NCBI GenBank assembly: GCA_019057815.1
Contig: JAHLWR010000001.1
Location: 96,001-160,000 of the forward strand
Direction: 5' to 3'
DNA: 64,000 nt
Source of the DNA: Candidatus Heimdallarchaeota archaeon
GTDB taxonomy: Archaea; Asgardarchaeota; Heimdallarchaeia; Heimdallarchaeales; Heimdallarchaeaceae
The translations under genes were made by a program, and so were the position numbers. The notes beneath the pieces were generated by a model. It did no database searches and was not told where the DNA came from. It worked only from the letters and a program-made list of their open reading frames with translations. Below are positions 9,003 through 19,814 of this stretch, one piece after another (positions within the stretch are counted from its first letter, which is position 1; each line of letters starts with the position of its first letter).

Positions 9003-11756
9003 TTATGAAAAAAGAATGGGAGGAATTCTAATTTCGTATTTTCTAGATATATCACTAGTTGCAAGTCGAAGGATAAGCAGTGTTGTTATAGAAATATTAA
9101 CAACAAGATCTGGTGATGCAGTAAAGACATCACTCCAGTGTTGATCACTGTGATCAGCGCGGAATTTGTAATCACCGGCGCCAACACCAGTAAATAATGC
9201 GTAACCAGAAATATTAGTGTATACATTCTTTCCAGTATATCTGTTTGTAGAAGTAAAAAGATAGACTCTAATATTGATTCCGTGATTACCATCAACTTCA
9301 ACATAGCATAGTATTGTACCTCCACCTAAATCATAATCAAGGATTGTACCATTGATAGCTTCAAACTCTGGTGACCAGAATTGTTTGGAGAGATAATCCA
9401 CACGCCATTTGAAAGTACCGTTACCAATAGCATCAAATTCAATATAACCTGAAGCGTTCAAGTCACGATATATTCCTGTGTAGCTATTTGTAGATGTGAA
9501 GAGATAGCATCGAGCTCCTGTGATAGGTGTATCACTTGCATCATGAGCATACATCCAAACAATACCACCACCGATGTTGAACTCAAAAAGCAAATCTGGT
9601 GTAGCTGCAAAAACATTGGACCAGTATTGTTTTGCCAAATAGTCTGCTCGAAACTTGTAATTAGCTTCACCAATACCGGTAAAAACAGCGATACCAGACG
9701 AGTCCGTATTAGCATATTTTCCAGTGTAACTGTTGCTTTCTGTAAAAAGATAAATTCTGACACCGGAAATATCAATTCCATAGTTATTGGTAAGATGGGC
9801 ATAGATATCCCCTCCACCAAGATCAATGTCAACAATTAATTCATCAGAAGCTGTAAAGATATCCGACCAGAACTGACGGCTTAAGTAATCGACTCTTAGT
9901 TTATAATCACCGCCACTAAGAGCGAATTCGGCTATTCCATATTCATTTGTGTTAGCATAAGTACCAGTATAGCTACCACTGGAGGTGAAAACATATACTC
10001 TTGTGTTAGTTATAGGAGTTCCACCAGCTGTTATATTGGCATAAACTGTGCCACCACCTACATCATGATGAACTATAGCTGTTTCATTGAAGAAAAAGAT
10101 ATCAGACCAATGTTGACTAGCTTGATAATCAACTCTCATCTTATAGCTACCTTCACCTACACCTTGAATCTCAACAATACCGCTTAAATCCGTATTGCCA
10201 TAACGCCCTGTATAACTGTTAGTATCTGTAAATAGATACACTCTCACATTGACTAACGCATTTCCTCCAGCAGTAATGTTGCCAAACAGAGTACCTCCAC
10301 CAATTGAAGCTTGAACAACATAACCATGAGTTGCGTTGAATATTGGAGACCAGAATTGTTTGGCCATGTAATCAATTCGTATCTTAAACCATCCACCTGC
10401 TATCCGCTCATATGTTGCGATACCGTCGTTATTGGTGTTTGCGTAACGTCCAGAATAACTTCCGGATTGTGTAAATAGATATGTTCTAGTGTTTATTATG
10501 GGATTTCCAGAACCATCTGTAACATTAACATAAATTGTACCTCCCCCTACATTAATAGGGATAACACTATTATGTGCTGCTCCAAATGTCTGACTCCAAA
10601 GTTGTAATGCTAGGTAGTCTACTCTAAACTTGTATAGTTGTCCACCTGCTATTCCCAGAAACTCAGCATAACCTGTATCATTTGTTCTATCACTTTTTCC
10701 AGTATAGGAGCCACTTTCTCTGAATAAGTATACCCTTACATTTGTTATTGGATTGTCTGCGCCATCTATAACTTTACAGTATATATCTCCTCCTCCTACA
10801 TCAATTATAACAGATGTTTGATTTGGGTATGTAATTAACGCGCTGTAGTATTGCCCTCCCAAGTAGTCAGCTCTGAAAATATATCTTCCACCTTCTAGTG
10901 AATAAGTTGCTATACCATCTAATCCTGTGGTTGTAGAATCACCTAAATAATGACCGTTATCATCAAACAAATAGGTTATTACAGAACTTAGAGGAGTTGC
11001 TCCAGATTGTACTTTCAATGAGAATGTTCCACCCGTTACTGCTAAGTGGATTAAACCCTCTCCTGGATGGAGAAATGGTTCTGAATAGTAAAGCGATACT
11101 CCACTAATTGCCCTAGCATAGTAACGTCCAGGGAACAGATAAGTTTCAGACATCCCTTGATCATTTGTTAGGTCACCATTATATGCATATTCACCTGTTT
11201 CATAATAAAAATCGACGTTTGCCCCCTCAATAGGTATTGATGAAGCATCCACAAATTCTACTTGTACAGGATTGCCAGTGATTACTGAAATCACTCCGAT
11301 TTCAAAAACATCGACAGCTGCTTCGTTACTAACAATAGTCACTGCCACATCGGATCCTTGTGGTATTTCATCAGTATCATCTTGTTCTGCGATTAACTTA
11401 ATTGTCCTAGTACTCCCTTCCAGAATTGTTCTAGATTCATTAGTAAAGGGAATCCAAGAAGTTTCTTTTGATTCAGTCCCTATAGCTCCAAGAATAATAA
11501 CTTGCGTAATTGTAGCATCTGCACCTCCAGGAAGATTATTTATTTGTAACACCATATAGTCGCAAGAGCCATCATTATCATAATCTCTGAAACTGACTGG
11601 ATCTAATATAAGATTGGGTGACATACTTGAATCTAACATAGGAATTACTACCAGAAAAACGATTGCAGCAGCAGCCAGAGTCAACCCTATGATAAGCACG
11701 GTTGCAACAACTGGAGAAACTGCTTTTTTATTTTTCAAAATTTTAAGAACACTCAA
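9003..11756 (-). CDS. Large surface protein: archaeal type IV pilin (class III) signal plus nine ~81-aa beta-sandwich repeats
   Basis: KKA|VSPVVATVLIIGLTLAAAAIVF; repeat consensus GGG.i...v.....pi.n.RvYLFt..gsYtG.y.nT...G.a.f....g.YkfRvDY...qfWS..F; DYDNDG Ca-loop-like motif. Confidence 0.85.
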   Translation of the reverse strand: MSVLKILKNKKAVSPVVATVLIIGLTLAAAAIVFLVVIPMLDSSMSPNLILDPVSFRDYDNDGSCDYMVLQINNLPGGADATITQVIILGAIGTESKETSWIPFTNESRTILEGSTRTIKLIAEQDDTDEIPQGSDVAVTIVSNEAAVDVFEIGVISVITGNPVQVEFVDASSIPIEGANVDFYYETGEYAYNGDLTNDQGMSETYLFPGRYYARAISGVSLYYSEPFLHPGEGLIHLAVTGGTFSLKVQSGATPLSSVITYLFDDNGHYLGDSTTTGLDGIATYSLEGGRYIFRADYLGGQYYSALITYPNQTSVIIDVGGGDIYCKVIDGADNPITNVRVYLFRESGSYTGKSDRTNDTGYAEFLGIAGGQLYKFRVDYLALQLWSQTFGAAHNSVIPINVGGGTIYVNVTDGSGNPIINTRTYLFTQSGSYSGRYANTNNDGIATYERIAGGWFKIRIDYMAKQFWSPIFNATHGYVVQASIGGGTLFGNITAGGNALVNVRVYLFTDTNSYTGRYGNTDLSGIVEIQGVGEGSYKMRVDYQASQHWSDIFFFNETAIVHHDVGGGTVYANITAGGTPITNTRVYVFTSSGSYTGTYANTNEYGIAEFALSGGDYKLRVDYLSRQFWSDIFTASDELIVDIDLGGGDIYAHLTNNYGIDISGVRIYLFTESNSYTGKYANTDSSGIAVFTGIGEANYKFRADYLAKQYWSNVFAATPDLLFEFNIGGGIVWMYAHDASDTPITGARCYLFTSTNSYTGIYRDLNASGYIEFDAIGNGTFKWRVDYLSKQFWSPEFEAINGTILDYDLGGGTILCYVEVDGNHGINIRVYLFTSTNRYTGKNVYTNISGYALFTGVGAGDYKFRADHSDQHWSDVFTASPDLVVNISITTLLILRLATSDISRKYEIRIPPILFS

Positions 11757-11968
11757 CTTAACAACCTCTTAAAATAACAATGTGAATATTGTTTTTTATC
11801 TTTTTAGTTAGTTTTTTGTGATTGGTTTTAGTTAGATGAATAAAATTTGTATCGAATAGAAAAAACCACTAAACCTAATATTATCGAAATATGGTGATAA
11901 GGAATTGAATATATTAAAACAACTACAAATTCTATATATTAAAAAAAAGAGAAAAAAGGAGAGAATTA

Positions 11969-13837
11969 TCACGTTGAATACTTTCTCTTCAGGAAATAAT
12001 ATCCTACAGCACCTAGAATGAGTATTCCACCAGCTGTACCGAGTATTATTCCTAGTGCATTTGAATCAGGCTCATCTCCATTTGTTGATGTTGTTTCTGT
12101 TGTTTCTACTTCAACGGGATTAACTAAAACCTCTAGTATTTCAATCTCTGAAATATCATACCCAGGAAAATTCGCTTGTATGTTGAAGGAATACTGTTTT
12201 ACTTGAGTAACTGTCATATCTGCTGTAATCCATATAAATTTTACATAACCAGTAGAATTAGTGTTAATAGTAGCAATTACTGAAATAGAGCTTTCAAAAA
12301 CACCATCTTGGGCGGTAATCTGTACAGAAACACCTTCAATAGCTTGTTCATTTGCTGATACAAATACAATTATTGTAACATTGTCTCCCTGAGTTATTGA
12401 ACTAGGATTCGCGTTGCTATCAGTACTAAGCTTGAGTATTATGGGATTAACATGAATACTAATTGATGAAGAATTGCTATTATAAGATTCTTTTATTAAA
12501 GACACTTCAATTTGGTAATCTAGCCCACCTATAGTAGGCTCCAAATCTGATGTGTCCCAGACTACAACAACTATTCCTAACGCAGAAGAGGTAAGTTCAA
12601 TTGTATCTGTTCCAGATCCAACAAATGTACCATCTGGTGCAACAAATGTGGCATTAGCTCCTTCAGTCGGATTACTGAGTTCATTAAGTATAGTTAGAGT
12701 TATTTCTACTAATTCCCCAACTGTTACAGTTGTTATATTAGCCTCCAGTTCAATACTAGCAAACTCATGTACAAGTGGGCTAACAACAATATCATCTTCT
12801 ATTATTTTGACCACAACTACATCAGGATAATTTATCGTTGCAATTATTGTGATATTTATTATTTCAGTAACTTCTGGTGCTGTCCATGTTTCTACATATA
12901 ATCCACTAATATCTGAATATCCGATTATAGTTGTTTCATCATTTACAAAAACTCCACCAAGAGCGTCCAATTCAATTAATGCTCCAGAAACTGGACCGAT
13001 AGTTCCAGAGGTGGTAACAGTTACAGCTACAGCTGATCCTCCACTTACTTCACTCTCTGAAAATTCTAGAGTCGAAGTGTCAAAATCAATTGGGTGTACT
13101 GTTATATTTTGGGAAAGGAATGATGATACAATTTTTCCAAGAAATGTAATAGTTGCTGTAATGTTTACATCAAAAGCAGGTTCTTCACTAATAATAGCTG
13201 GTGCTTGCCATACGACTACTGCTTTTCCCTCATCAGCTGTGTTCACAGAAATAGTAGGGTCACCATTAACTGATGGGAATCCACCTCTTTCCAAACTCTC
13301 AATAGTAACATTCGCTCCATTGATTGTACCATATACGCCCTTAGCTTCTACAACAATAGAAGAGTTGTGAAATTCATAGACTTCATCAAACGTTGCCATA
13401 ACGGTGCTTAAACTAAAATCGATTGGATGAATAGTAATACCATGATTTATGATCAGTTGATCTGATCCCGAAGTGATATTAGCGCTAATTGTGACAACTA
13501 TTGATGATGTTTCGTTATCTGTATCAGGAGCTCTCCAAGCTACTGATACCTCACCTGAAACGTCAGTTATCAGCTCAATCCACTGGCCCCCATTATCTAC
13601 AAAACTTCCAAAAGGAGCAGAGATGTTAACTGTTGCACCTTGAACTAATCCCTCTGTTCCATTCACAGTAACATTGATCAATGTTGTTTGTAAAACATGC
13701 ATATCAGTAACAGCTGAAATTTGACAGTCATCAAGATTTAATGCTTGGATGTTTATAGTGTTAAAATAGAGCATTGATGTACTTAAAAGGATTAGGAGAA
13801 ATAGTTGATTCTTCAAACTTAATTTGCTTATCATCAA
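11969..13837 (-). CDS. Cell-surface protein with Ig-like (Big_1-type) repeats and C-terminal TM anchor
   Basis: Signal peptide, ~5 repeats (GAnVti.a..G.F...T...G...v.W.AP), many NxS/T sequons, Thr-rich linker, TM followed by KRK. Confidence 0.85.
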   Translation of the reverse strand: MMISKLSLKNQLFLLILLSTSMLYFNTINIQALNLDDCQISAVTDMHVLQTTLINVTVNGTEGLVQGATVNISAPFGSFVDNGGQWIELITDVSGEVSVAWRAPDTDNETSSIVVTISANITSGSDQLIINHGITIHPIDFSLSTVMATFDEVYEFHNSSIVVEAKGVYGTINGANVTIESLERGGFPSVNGDPTISVNTADEGKAVVVWQAPAIISEEPAFDVNITATITFLGKIVSSFLSQNITVHPIDFDTSTLEFSESEVSGGSAVAVTVTTSGTIGPVSGALIELDALGGVFVNDETTIIGYSDISGLYVETWTAPEVTEIINITIIATINYPDVVVVKIIEDDIVVSPLVHEFASIELEANITTVTVGELVEITLTILNELSNPTEGANATFVAPDGTFVGSGTDTIELTSSALGIVVVVWDTSDLEPTIGGLDYQIEVSLIKESYNSNSSSISIHVNPIILKLSTDSNANPSSITQGDNVTIIVFVSANEQAIEGVSVQITAQDGVFESSISVIATINTNSTGYVKFIWITADMTVTQVKQYSFNIQANFPGYDISEIEILEVLVNPVEVETTETTSTNGDEPDSNALGIILGTAGGILILGAVGYYFLKRKYST

Positions 13838-13995
13838 ATAAACCTCTTAATGGATACTAATCTATAATATAGGTATTGTATCTTTTAATCTTTTTTAATA
13901 GGTAATTTGAAAAAAACGAAAATCCTTGTTCAAGTTTTTTGAATTAGTGATAACTTAATCAATGAATAAGAAAAAAGGGGATGAATTTTCTTCCT

Positions 13996-15885
13996 TCATA
14001 TTAAAACCATTTCATATTTTTCCATTGGGGGAAAGAGCTCAACACCAGTTCGTTCTTTAACTAAATCAATGATATGTTGGTAAAGTTTCCTATAATCAAA
14101 TTCCTTTGTGCTGTTTTTTCCAGGAATCACAAGATTATGTTTCTCACCAACCTCTATTGCTTTTTCGTAACCAGCTGCAGAAAGGCGTAAAATTGCACTT
14201 AAGGGATCCCAAGTGAGAACGCGGAAGAGTTTCTCCTGGGAAATATGTGTCCCATCAGCAAGTATAACTTGTCCAGCATGAAGACTATAACCTACACCTA
14301 CTCCACCACCGCCATGATAACTTACCCATGTTGCACCAGAAAGAGCATTCCCTAGAAGGTTAATCACCGGATAGTCACCTATTGCATCACTCCCATCTTT
14401 CATTCCTTCTGTTTCCCTATTAGGAGAAGCAACAGATCCACCATCTAGATGATCTCTTCCGATTACAACTGGAGCTTTAAGTATCCCATCTGTCACTAGT
14501 TTATTCATTAGCATGCCGAAAGCTGCACGTCCAATGAACCCTGCCCAGAAAACTCTAGCAGGAAGACCTTTCTCAAATGGTATAAATTTATCAGCTAACT
14601 CTAACCAATTAACAAGTTGTTCATCATCATAGAATAATTTCTTCGCATATTGGTCTGTAGTCCTTATATCAGAGGGGTCATTACTTAATGCCATCCACCG
14701 GAACGGTCCCTTTCCTTCACAGAATAAGGGTCTAACATATTCCAAAACAAATCCTGAATAGTTGAAAGCATCTTTTACTCCAAGTTCATATGCTTGTTGT
14801 CTAATATTATTACCATAATCAAATGTCTCTGCACCTTTTTTATGAAGTTCTGTCATAAGGCTAACATGTTTGACTACTGTTTTTCTAGATTTTTCTAGAT
14901 ACTGTTCAGGGCTTTCAGTTCTTAGGATATCAGCTTCATCATAAGTCAAACCTGTAGGATAATAACCATTGAGAAGATCATGTGCGGATGTTTGGTCTGT
15001 AAGAACATGAGGTGTGATATTATTTTCAATAAGATAGCTTAGAAGCTCTACAGCATTACAAAGTACTCCAATAGAAATGTTTTCATCTTTTTCAGCAGCT
15101 TCTTTTGCAATTTTTACGGCTTCTTCTATTGAATCTGTTTTATAATCCAAGTATGGTACTCCTTGATCTCTACCTGTATTGTACATACGATCAATAAGAA
15201 TGGGATTAACTTCTGCTATTAAACCAATTTTTCCACACATTTTAATTGATAAAGGTTGAGCACCGCTCATTAATCCCAACCCAGCACTAACAATTAGTTT
15301 CTTTTCAAAATTCGAAAGCTTCTGATAAGCAGGTTTTCCTTCTGCTGTTTTAATTGCTGCAGCGATCGTTTCATAAGTTCCTTGAATAATCCCTTGCAAG
15401 CCTATAAAAATGAAAGAACCAGCAGTCATTTGTCCATACACAGACAAACCAGCAGCAACAAATTCCTCAAAATTTGGAGACCAATGTGGTACAATAACAC
15501 TATTAGTTATCACACATCGTGGAGCCCATCTAGTTGTCTGCATTTTGCCATAAGGAACACCAGATTGCAAGAAAAGGGTTTCATTTGGTTCAAGAGTTTT
15601 TAGAAGATCTATTGTTTCAAAAAAGGATTTCCAATCTCTTGCTACTTTTCCAGAACCACCATAAATGTATAGGGTTTTCCAATCTCTACCATTATGAAGA
15701 TTTGAAATCATTGCCCTGATAATAGCTTCAGTCTCCCAACCTGCTTTTGTTGAAGGTTTTAAAGCTTCATCACCTTTCGGAAGAGCTGGAATAGCTTCTG
15801 GTATATTATCCATTCTTAATCTTTCTTCCTCTATTAAACGACATTTGCCATCCATAATCTCTTCCATTTTGTTTCGGTATTCCAT
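13996..15885 (-). CDS. hutU: Urocanate hydratase (start probably ATG 15885)
   Basis: YGGSGKVAR, YGQMTAGSF, QGIIQGTYET, TDQTSAHD, FDYGNNIR, GRDHLD, ASPNRETE, HGGGGVG. Confidence 0.96.
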   Translation of the reverse strand: MEYRNKMEEIMDGKCRLIEEERLRMDNIPEAIPALPKGDEALKPSTKAGWETEAIIRAMISNLHNGRDWKTLYIYGGSGKVARDWKSFFETIDLLKTLEPNETLFLQSGVPYGKMQTTRWAPRCVITNSVIVPHWSPNFEEFVAAGLSVYGQMTAGSFIFIGLQGIIQGTYETIAAAIKTAEGKPAYQKLSNFEKKLIVSAGLGLMSGAQPLSIKMCGKIGLIAEVNPILIDRMYNTGRDQGVPYLDYKTDSIEEAVKIAKEAAEKDENISIGVLCNAVELLSYLIENNITPHVLTDQTSAHDLLNGYYPTGLTYDEADILRTESPEQYLEKSRKTVVKHVSLMTELHKKGAETFDYGNNIRQQAYELGVKDAFNYSGFVLEYVRPLFCEGKGPFRWMALSNDPSDIRTTDQYAKKLFYDDEQLVNWLELADKFIPFEKGLPARVFWAGFIGRAAFGMLMNKLVTDGILKAPVVIGRDHLDGGSVASPNRETEGMKDGSDAIGDYPVINLLGNALSGATWVSYHGGGGVGVGYSLHAGQVILADGTHISQEKLFRVLTWDPLSAILRLSAAGYEKAIEVGEKHNLVIPGKNSTKEFDYRKLYQHIIDLVKERTGVELFPPMEKYEMVLI

Positions 15886-16014
15886 AATATCGCCTTTATC
15901 TATTATTAAAAAGAATAGGAAATAAGTTATCAAAAAGTTTACTCTTGGGAGAAAAACTGAAAATGATATCAATTATGCACAAATTATTTATTCTGTTACG
16001 CGAAATATTATTTA

Positions 16015-16515
16015 ATGAAAAAAGTAGTATTTGTTTCTGCTTTTTCACATCTTGGCCCAGAAATTTTAGAAATATATCCAAGATTAGTTATATCAATAGA
16101 ACAAGAAAAAGCAATAGCATTAAAATGCATTCCCATGGGAGGGAAAGAGGGGGATTTCATAACAGTACATGAGGGAGACTTCCAAATCGCTAGTCTTCTA
16201 ACAGTTATTCCAAGTTATATGGAAACAGAGGACAAAAGAAATACTTACGCTTCAGTTGGGTTTTTACTAGATAGTGATATAAATCCAGTTCCTTATAAGA
16301 AACTGCTAGAACAAATAATTGATGCATGTAAAGAACATAATCTGCTCAATGCAAATACTCTCAAAAAGATTCCTCACCAATTGTATAAGATTCTCGAACA
16401 AACTGAAGTTTCTCTTGATCTAAAAGAAGGAATAACAGTTGAACTATCTTTGGAAGCAAAGAAAAAAGACAAAAATGGTTTAGATTTACTTAATGATGCA
16501 CTTTGGCGAGTATAA
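16015..16515 (+). CDS. Putative longin/uDENN-like domain protein
   Basis: VVFVSAFSHLGPEILEIYP...IALKCIPMG...ASVGFLL resembles the uDENN pattern (F...GP.i...YP...i...c.P.G) of the AVL9/DENND6/NPRL2-type fold; pattern recognition only. Confidence 0.55.
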   Translation: MKKVVFVSAFSHLGPEILEIYPRLVISIEQEKAIALKCIPMGGKEGDFITVHEGDFQIASLLTVIPSYMETEDKRNTYASVGFLLDSDINPVPYKKLLEQIIDACKEHNLLNANTLKKIPHQLYKILEQTEVSLDLKEGITVELSLEAKKKDKNGLDLLNDALWRV

Positions 16516-17141
16516 TGATCGAAAATGTCCCACTAATCATTAATATATGTGTTCTAACAACGATTTGCCTAATATATCTCGTAATATTAATATCAAGATT
16601 TGTTAAAAAGCACTTTTCACTAACTTTGATAGGTATTTCTTGGGTATTGTCATATATAGGATTATTAGTATCACAGCTATTTGAAGAAACAATTTTCCTA
16701 GTTCTGACTCTTTGGTGCATTTATCAGTTTTTTTGGTTTCTTCTAGTGAGTAAAGTCTTTTACAACCAAAAATCTCTAGTGTTCAGATCAAGTCAAATTT
16801 TTCTTTTTTCAAGCGCTTTAGGTTTGATAATATCTTTAATTATAGATGATTTGGATAATTTGGACATAATTTCTTTGATAGTCTTAGTTGCATTTCTTAC
16901 TCTACCATCACTAGTTGGATATGTATTCTTAATATCTAAAATGCTAAAATCGAAAAATTATATTCACAAAGTTTTATCATTTAGTGGATTTAATCTTTTT
17001 TCAAATATTACCATTTTCTTTTATTTTACCACTATTATTTACAATATTCCAGTATTAACCATAATTTTTACAATCTCTTATGTCGCTACAGGATGTGCTT
17101 TAGTCTATTATTTGTTTAGTATTTTCATTATAGGGAGGTAA
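16515..17141 (+). CDS. Seven-TM membrane protein (start probably ATG 16515, TAATG overlap)
   Basis: Seven hydrophobic segments by inspection. Confidence 0.7.
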   Translation: MIENVPLIINICVLTTICLIYLVILISRFVKKHFSLTLIGISWVLSYIGLLVSQLFEETIFLVLTLWCIYQFFWFLLVSKVFYNQKSLVFRSSQIFLFSSALGLIISLIIDDLDNLDIISLIVLVAFLTLPSLVGYVFLISKMLKSKNYIHKVLSFSGFNLFSNITIFFYFTTIIYNIPVLTIIFTISYVATGCALVYYLFSIFIIGR

Positions 17142-17144
17142 AAA

Positions 17145-17909
17145 ATGTCATCAATTCCCATTGGACCGGTAATTATAGAAGGAATAACTTCGTTTATTTT
17201 ATTAATCCTAACAATTCAAATATTAAGACGTTATTATTCTAAGAAGTCCAAAATCACCCTATTACTGTATCTATATTTTTTGTTTCTTTTTTTAGCAGCC
17301 TTAACAAGTTTTATGGGAAGATTAATAGTATATACTAGAACTCTAGAAGCTTATAATACACGCCCTTTTGCTATTGGAGCTGGTCTTTTTTCTATTATTG
17401 GAATCTTCATCATTGTTGCTTTTGCTCAAAGACTATTCTTCAGTAAAAACAGATTTATTTTACATTGCGTAAGTATATTCCAAGGTTTAAGTTTAGGTTA
17501 TGGGTCATATATCTTGATTAATTATTCAGCTTACGAACAAGTTGAATATGAAAAAATATTGTTTATCATAGCATCTGGAATTCATGCATTCTTCGGTATT
17601 ATTTGCTATGGTTTAGTTTTTTATTTTGCTTTTAAGGCATCTAGACGTGAGAAGGATGTTCTTAGAAAAAGATGTGCAGAAGCAATCAGCATTTATGGTA
17701 TAGTCCATATATCCGCAATGTGTTTCTTAATCTTTGATCCATTATTAGCAAAAGATTTCAGCGATTACACCATTTTTTATTTCATCGGTTGGACGATGTT
17801 GATCATAGCTTGCATTATTGCTTATATTGGATATATTCAACCATGGTGGTTTAAGAAAATAGTCCTAAGGAAAATAAGTACTGATAAACAAGTAAAAGTG
17901 CTAGAATAA
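17145..17909 (+). CDS. Seven-TM receptor-like membrane protein
   Basis: Seven hydrophobic segments, basic loops after TM1 and TM5, C-terminal GYIQPWWFKK. Confidence 0.75.
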   Translation: MSSIPIGPVIIEGITSFILLILTIQILRRYYSKKSKITLLLYLYFLFLFLAALTSFMGRLIVYTRTLEAYNTRPFAIGAGLFSIIGIFIIVAFAQRLFFSKNRFILHCVSIFQGLSLGYGSYILINYSAYEQVEYEKILFIIASGIHAFFGIICYGLVFYFAFKASRREKDVLRKRCAEAISIYGIVHISAMCFLIFDPLLAKDFSDYTIFYFIGWTMLIIACIIAYIGYIQPWWFKKIVLRKISTDKQVKVLE

Positions 17910-18273
17910 GAAAAATAAAAGAAAGTTTAAGAAAAATGTTTCCTAAACTCTATATTCCTGTTTTCCTTTAGATTTTACTTGAAATATCTCTTAGTGTAGC
18001 TAGTATTTGTTTTAACAGTTCTTCTTCTTCAAGCGCGGGTGCTGTTTCCATAATTTTTTAGAAACAATTTTTTTCGCTGAAACATACGCGTATAACAAAG
18101 AACCAAACATAGAGGAAAAAAACAATTTGGTCTAAGAAATACTAAAAAAAGCACTAAATCCGCAATAAAGAATTAATGCGAGTTTTACGCAGTTCTAAAC
18201 TATTTTCAATGGAAACTCTAGAACACATAGGTTTGTCACAAGATATATAAAGATTAGAAAAAAATACAAGTTC

Positions 18274-19626
18274 ATGAAAGTAGTTATTATAGGACATGGT
18301 TCTTCTGGATGGACTACAGCAGCAACTCTTCGAGCATGGGACAGAAAATGTGAGATCACTGTTATTGATGCTAAACACTATGATGCTTATCATCCTTGTG
18401 CTATGCCTTATGCTATTGGTGGTTTGCTGGAGGATGAAACTCCACTCAAAGAATCTATGAATTATGAAAGGATGAATATTAACTTTTTACGTCGCCATAA
18501 AGCAATGAAAATCGATTGTGAAAACAAGAAGGTTTCAGTTAAAAATCTTGAGAATGAAGAATTATTTGAAGTTGAATATGATAAACTAGTTATCTGTACT
18601 GGTTCAATAGCCAAATATCCACCTATACCTGGAGCTGATGGTAAGAACATCTATGCTCTCAAATGGATAGAGGATTCAGAAACAATACGTAAAGCTGCTG
18701 CTACGGCCTCCAAAGTTGTCGTATTAGGCGCTTCAGCTATTGGGCTTGAAGTTGCTACTGAACTTGCTCATAGAGGTATTGAAACGGTTGTATTAGCTCG
18801 TTCTCGAATTATGCGTCTTCTAATTGATCCTGATTATGCTGCTGAAACTGTTAAACTTCTTGAAGAAAAACTACCAAAACTCAAAATTATCTCTAGTATT
18901 GGTATACAAGAAGTAGTTCTTGATGAAAATGGTATGGCAAAAAAAATTACTACCGATCAAGGAGATTTTGAATGTGACTTCGTTGTTGCTGCTACAGGAA
19001 TCAGAGCAGAAGTTACTTTAGCTCAAGAAGCAGGCATAAAAATTGGTGAAACAGGAGCTATTGCAACTGATGAAGAGCTTTACACTTCTGATCCGGACAT
19101 TCTAGCAGTAGGTGATTGTGCAGAGACAACACATCTTGTTTCCAATCAGAAGGTACACTCTGCTTTGGCAACTTGTTGTGTTAGAATGGCAAGAGTAGCA
19201 GCTATGACACTAGGTAAACCTGGAAAAGCGAAGTTCCCTGGGACATTGAACAACTTTATCGTTCCTTATATTGACCTTCGTGTTGGTTCTGTAGGACTTA
19301 TAAAAAAAGCAGCAGAAGATGCAGGATTTGATGTGTTAAGTGTGAAAATAAAAACACACGGTAAACCTACATACATGCCGGGTGCTAAAGAACTCTACTT
19401 CAAGATTCTTGTAGAAAAAGAAACAGGAATGATACTTGGTGCTCAAGCTATTGGACCTGATTCAATTTCTGATAATTTGAATATTGTTGCTATGGCTCTA
19501 CAGAAAAAGATGACCTTCCAAGAATTGCTAGAGGCTGATTTATGTTATGCTCCAGCGATTAATGAAACAATCTATCCAGTAACACAAGCTTTAGAGATGG
19601 TTTCTAGAAGATTATTAAGGAAATGA
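18274..19626 (+). CDS. NADH oxidase / CoA-disulfide reductase family flavoprotein
   Basis: GHGSSG FAD loop, YHPCAMPY single redox Cys, GASAIG, AVGDC, ILGAQ, DLCYAP. Confidence 0.9.
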   Translation: MKVVIIGHGSSGWTTAATLRAWDRKCEITVIDAKHYDAYHPCAMPYAIGGLLEDETPLKESMNYERMNINFLRRHKAMKIDCENKKVSVKNLENEELFEVEYDKLVICTGSIAKYPPIPGADGKNIYALKWIEDSETIRKAAATASKVVVLGASAIGLEVATELAHRGIETVVLARSRIMRLLIDPDYAAETVKLLEEKLPKLKIISSIGIQEVVLDENGMAKKITTDQGDFECDFVVAATGIRAEVTLAQEAGIKIGETGAIATDEELYTSDPDILAVGDCAETTHLVSNQKVHSALATCCVRMARVAAMTLGKPGKAKFPGTLNNFIVPYIDLRVGSVGLIKKAAEDAGFDVLSVKIKTHGKPTYMPGAKELYFKILVEKETGMILGAQAIGPDSISDNLNIVAMALQKKMTFQELLEADLCYAPAINETIYPVTQALEMVSRRLLRK

Positions 19627-19814
19627 TTCACCAATCAGTAATTTAGAAATTGTTCATTATACTTTTTTTCTTCTTCTTTGGTTTTCTTAGTGTTTTATAT
19701 CTAAAATTAAACTTCTGAATGCATCATATTTTTCAAAACTGTTTCTAGTTGTGATAGTTCAAGTCTTTCTCGTAAGGAAGCTTTTTCCTCAAATAACCTA
19801 ACCCAATCATCCAT

